From: Promethearchaeota archaeon
GTDB taxonomy: Archaea > Asgardarchaeota > Lokiarchaeia > Sigyniarchaeales > SOKP01
NCBI GenBank assembly: GCA_048941265.1
Contig: JBHLNT010000009.1
Location: forward strand, 1 to 62,997
Reading direction: 5' to 3'
DNA: 62,997 bases
Both the position numbers and the translations under genes were made by a program. Below the pieces are notes generated by a model, which had not been told where the DNA came from, searched no databases, and saw nothing but the letters and a program-made list of their open reading frames with translations. Below, piece after piece: positions 59,775 through 62,997 of the stretch (within the stretch, counting starts at the first letter, position 1; each line of letters starts with the position of its first letter).

Positions 59775-61043
59775 ATGGAAAACAAGATTATACCTTACAC
59801 AATGTTATCAGAAGCCCTAAATACAACTCAAGAATTAATTGAAAGAATACTGCCTGAATATGGGATGCCTTCTTTAAGGATTGGTTTAGAAAAAATAAAT
59901 TCCGTTTTAGATGATTATCTTAAAAAGGCACAAGAAGGACTTCCTGTAGTAGGATATCATTTTGCATTTCCCGGCGAATATCTTAATTGCTTTGATTGTG
60001 TCCCCGTGTGTTTAGAAGCGTCAGGTTATTTTTTAGCAACTTTACTGCTACACGGAGTGGAAAAGTATTATGATCTTATCGCAAATTTTGGACATCCCTT
60101 TCATACGTGCTCAGCACAAAAGGCATCAATGGCTTTTACGTTGGATGATTTATTCAGATTTGATGCAATCATTACTCCAACAGCACCATGCGATAGTACA
60201 TGTGCATCATATCCTTTTTTTCGTTATGAAGGAAAATTTCCATTAATTATTGCCGATTTACCTTTTCGTTTCGATGAAAAAGGATATCAATATTATGGTA
60301 ATCAATTAAAGATTAATCTAACCAAATTAGGCAATGAAATTGGACAAGAGCCAGATTATGAGAAACTAAAAAAAGCATTAGAACTTGAAAATCAGACAAA
60401 TAATTTACAATTAGAAATATTCGAATTAGCTAAAACAATTCCTAGCCCAATAGAGAATATATATAATGCTGTTTCTGCTGCAACCACTATAATAATACCA
60501 GGGACAATTGAGAAATATGAGTTCTATAAAGAAATGTTAGAACTAGCTAAATTTAGATATAGAAAAAAAGTCCATCATGGTGGGGAAGAACGTATTAGAT
60601 CGATATGGCCTTATATGTTAACCTTTTTTGATATTTCTCTCTGTGAATATTTGGACAGAGAACTAGGAATGAGCATTCTTTTTGATATTTTTAATTATAA
60701 CTTTTCAGAACCAATTAATACCAGCTCAGATTTGGATACTATGTTCTATGACATGGCAAAAAAGGGGATGGGCTGGCCCATGGTTAAACAATCTATAGAG
60801 TTTTATTATCCCTTTATAGATGATTGTGTGAGATTTGCAAAAGAGTTCAGCGCAGACTGTTTTATTTTCACTCAAAGTTTAGCCTGTAAGCAATTTGGAA
60901 CTGTCCCCCAGCTTCTAAAAGAAGCTTTAAAAGAAATAGGTATTCCGATGTTGATAATTGAATTCGATGTAGGGGATGCCAGAATGACCTCATTAGCAAC
61001 CATTAAAGAAAAAATTAAACTGTTTGCTCAGACATTATTATAA
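59775..61043 (+). CDS. 2-hydroxyacyl-CoA dehydratase / benzoyl-CoA reductase family subunit (HgdA/BzdO-like)
   Basis: HTCSAQK, PCDST, ACKQ, GIPMLIIEFDVGDAR. Confidence 0.85.
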   Translation: MENKIIPYTMLSEALNTTQELIERILPEYGMPSLRIGLEKINSVLDDYLKKAQEGLPVVGYHFAFPGEYLNCFDCVPVCLEASGYFLATLLLHGVEKYYDLIANFGHPFHTCSAQKASMAFTLDDLFRFDAIITPTAPCDSTCASYPFFRYEGKFPLIIADLPFRFDEKGYQYYGNQLKINLTKLGNEIGQEPDYEKLKKALELENQTNNLQLEIFELAKTIPSPIENIYNAVSAATTIIIPGTIEKYEFYKEMLELAKFRYRKKVHHGGEERIRSIWPYMLTFFDISLCEYLDRELGMSILFDIFNYNFSEPINTSSDLDTMFYDMAKKGMGWPMVKQSIEFYYPFIDDCVRFAKEFSADCFIFTQSLACKQFGTVPQLLKEALKEIGIPMLIIEFDVGDARMTSLATIKEKIKLFAQTLL

Positions 61044-61171
61044 TTTTAATTATAGAAGAAAGTAAGTACTATTTCTGTAAAACCTTGACAAAAACAGAAT
61101 AAATATAGCTTGAAATACCAAAACATATTCTTAAGCTTTCAAAATAAAAATAAGGATGAAAAAAAATAAAA

Positions 61172-62132
61172 TTATTTTAAATCTAGTATTTCTTTCGCTT
61201 CATCAATATTGGCAGGATCTCTACCAAGTTCACGGGCAATTCTTACCATCCGTTTTACTAATTGAGCATTACTTTTTACTAATTCACTTTTTTGATAATA
61301 AATTGTGTCTTCAAGACCTGTTCTGATATTACCGCCCATGCACATTGCTATTACTGTGGTTCTAAGATGAAATTTGCTAATAGTTACTACTTGCCAAGTG
61401 GAGCCTTCGGGGAGTTGTTCAACCATATGAATTAAATTACTCACTGTGGCAGGTGTTCCCCCTTGAATACCAAGTACGAGACTAAAATGAAGTTTTTCAT
61501 CTTGTTCAAATACACCCATCTCAATTAAATCCATAATATTCGCGATATGACTTACATCATATACTTCAATTTCTATGCCAGCCCCCAGGTTTTTACATTT
61601 TTTAATATACTTTTCATTAAATTCGATAGGGTTATCAAAAATAAATGCTGTTTTCATACCTCTAGTAACCGTTCTAAATTCAAAAGTACCGGCATTTATG
61701 GTAAACATATCTGGTTGAGGATTCATATTCAATAAATTAAGTCTTTGATCTAATGTAGCGAATGTAAAAGCTTGACCATATCTTTTACCTGTTTTGCTTA
61801 CTTTGACTCCTTGTTCAAGTCGGACCCCGATTCCATTACCTATTTGAGTAATTATAGGGCATTTTTCTTTAATTAATTTCACAGTTTTGTTATAATATTT
61901 TAGATCTGGTGTTGCCCATCCATCTTCGCCTCTTACATGGATATGACATACAGTTGCACCTGCTTCATAGCACTCCAAAGCATCTTGAGCTTGTTCTTCT
62001 GGAGTTATAGGTAAATTGGGATTTGCCCATTTTGGTAAAATTCAAAGAAATCTAAACTTTTTTCCCATGGGCTCCCCCAGTAATTGCAGCTGTTATAATC
62101 ACACTATTATCTGAAAGTAAATTGGGTTTCAA
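61172..62132 (-). CDS. BKACE/DUF849 beta-keto acid cleavage enzyme, split by a 31-nt insertion: join(complement 62062-62132, 61172-62030), 309 aa
   Basis: GAGG SD and TTG at 62132 give MKPNLLSDNSVIITAAITGGAHGK; after removing 62031-62061 it continues WANPNLPITPEEQAQDALECYEAG into the 61172-61978 ORF, collinear with paralogue 5948-6862. CHIHVR and GLED are intact. Confidence 0.85.
62031..62061 (-). other. Candidate bulge-helix-bulge (BHB) mRNA intron, 31 nt
   Basis: mRNA GCCCA-UGGG-AA^A-AAAGUUUAGA-UUUC-UUUGAAUUUU-ACCA-AA^A-UGGGC: 5-bp exon helix, 4-nt central helix (3 Watson-Crick pairs plus a G-A), two AAA bulges on opposite strands, 10-bp intron stem. Cleavage after the second bulge nucleotide removes exactly 31 nt and restores the frame. 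Confidence 0.7.
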
Positions 62133-62301
62133 TTTGCATTAACCTCTTTATTCTATAATTTAATTTCGTTAATTAAAATTAGATATTATTTAGACAAATA
62201 AAAATTATTGTAAATTATCTCTTTTTATTATGATAGACAAATTTCATTAATGGGACTTTTATAGGCATTAAAGTGTTTAAAAGATTTGCCCACTTTCATA
62301 T

Positions 62302-62997
62302 TTAGACTGGTTCAAATACATCTAATTCTTCAAGAAACTTGAGTATTTTTAGGTATTTTTCATCCTTTTTTCTAAGAATTTCCTCTTCACTACGCCCACT
62401 ATAATCAAATATGCCTTTAGATGTTTTTACACCATAGTGTCCTTGATCAACTTTATCTTTAATTATCGAAAGCTCTAAACCCATATTTTTAAGAACGTCA
62501 GATATAACATCAAGTCCAACAAAATCTAAATTCTGGACCACACCTACAACAGGCAACCTTAAGCTGAAACTTGTCTTCACTGCTAAATCAATTTCCTCGG
62601 GTGTCGCAATTCCTTTTAATAAAAGTCCGAACACAGCAGAATTAAGTGCTTGCTGGATTTTATTTACTATAAATGCATTTGTGAATTTTTTTAAGATGAT
62701 TGGTGTTTTGCCGAGTTTCTTTAGCATATTATACGATAAATCAATTATTTCCGGAGATGTTTTTCTTCCTGCCACTATTTCAACTAAAGGAATTATATGA
62801 GCTGGTCTAAACCAATGCTGAATTACTAATCTTTCGGGATTATTAATATCGACTAATTTGAAAATATTTAATTCCGACGTATTACTAGCAAATATAGTCT
62901 TTTTTGAGCAAAGTTCATCTAATTGAGAGTATACTCCTCTTTTTATATCTTTATTTTCGCTCACAGCTTCAACAACATAATCTGCCCTTTTAGCTGC
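62302..62997 (-). CDS. 3-hydroxyacyl-CoA dehydrogenase family (HWF type), 5' end outside the window
   Basis: Frame is open to the window edge (AAKRADYVVEAVSE...), ASNTS, QHWFRPAHIIPLVEIV, GVKTSKG; paralogue of 33828-34769. Confidence 0.9.
   Translation of the reverse strand, partial: AAKRADYVVEAVSENKDIKRGVYSQLDELCSKKTIFASNTSELNIFKLVDINNPERLVIQHWFRPAHIIPLVEIVAGRKTSPEIIDLSYNMLKKLGKTPIILKKFTNAFIVNKIQQALNSAVFGLLLKGIATPEEIDLAVKTSFSLRLPVVGVVQNLDFVGLDVISDVLKNMGLELSIIKDKVDQGHYGVKTSKGIFDYSGRSEEEILRKKDEKYLKILKFLEELDVFEPV

Noticed and set aside
1489-61735. Numerous short ORF-track calls antisense to or overlapping real genes (e.g. 1489-1716, 2729-3058, 19917-20342, 26829-27308, 39506-39847, 40550-41233, 59113-59412)
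   Set aside because: They are shadow or alternative-frame ORFs of well-supported genes, with no recognisable motifs.
61172-61978. ORF-track 268-aa BKACE starting at TTG 61978
   Set aside because: It lacks the conserved N-terminal IITAAITG...NP.PITPEE segment, which is present upstream across the 31-nt insertion; the TTG is an internal Leu.
62031-62066. Programmed frameshift at the GGG-AAA-AAA run as an explanation for the split BKACE
   Set aside because: The downstream coding frame has a UGA inside the insert (62044-62042), so slippage at the A-run cannot reach exon 2.
1-62997. tRNA, rRNA, CRISPR arrays, IS elements
   Set aside because: No GC-rich cloverleaf or rRNA-like blocks, regularly spaced repeats, or transposase/integrase ORFs were seen by eye; an Infernal/tRNAscan run would be needed to exclude small RNAs.

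Overview
AT-rich archaeal genomic window, most likely from Lokiarchaeia (Asgard archaea). This assignment is inferred from GGTGA/GGAG Shine-Dalgarno motifs, frequent TTG starts, poly-T tracts after genes, an IPGY-TM-basic (Loki-CTERM-like) anchored protein and heavy acyl-CoA gene redundancy. The window is dominated by catabolic genes: five 3-hydroxyacyl-CoA dehydrogenases, five SDRs, crotonase, thiolase, two nitronate-monooxygenase-family and two beta-keto-acid-cleavage (BKACE/DUF849) genes, rhaB-rhaA, MFS permeases, a cytoplasmic DmsAB-like molybdoenzyme, a corrinoid protein with a UroD-fold partner, a 4-subunit 2-oxoacid:ferredoxin oxidoreductase and an SCP2-like gene with a 2-hydroxyacyl-CoA dehydratase pair. 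No rRNA, tRNA, CRISPR or transposase was recognised. The most striking feature is in the second BKACE gene (61172-62132, minus strand). It is interrupted in codon 24 by a 31-nt frame-breaking, stop-containing insertion (62031-62061) that folds with its flanks into a bulge-helix-bulge (BHB) motif. The canonical BHB cleavage sites excise exactly those 31 nt and restore the G-K-W-A-N-P sequence seen in the uninterrupted paralogue at 5948-6862. This is a candidate tRNA-endonuclease-type mRNA intron in a metabolic gene of a probable Asgard archaeon. Other points of note are two genes apparently starting at non-canonical codons (ACG, ATT), an apparent FS0 Fe-S ligand swap in the DmsA-like protein, a DMT-Lrp/AsnC fusion, two small proteins missed by the ORF track and several gene remnants. 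All product calls are from motif recognition by eye, not database searches.
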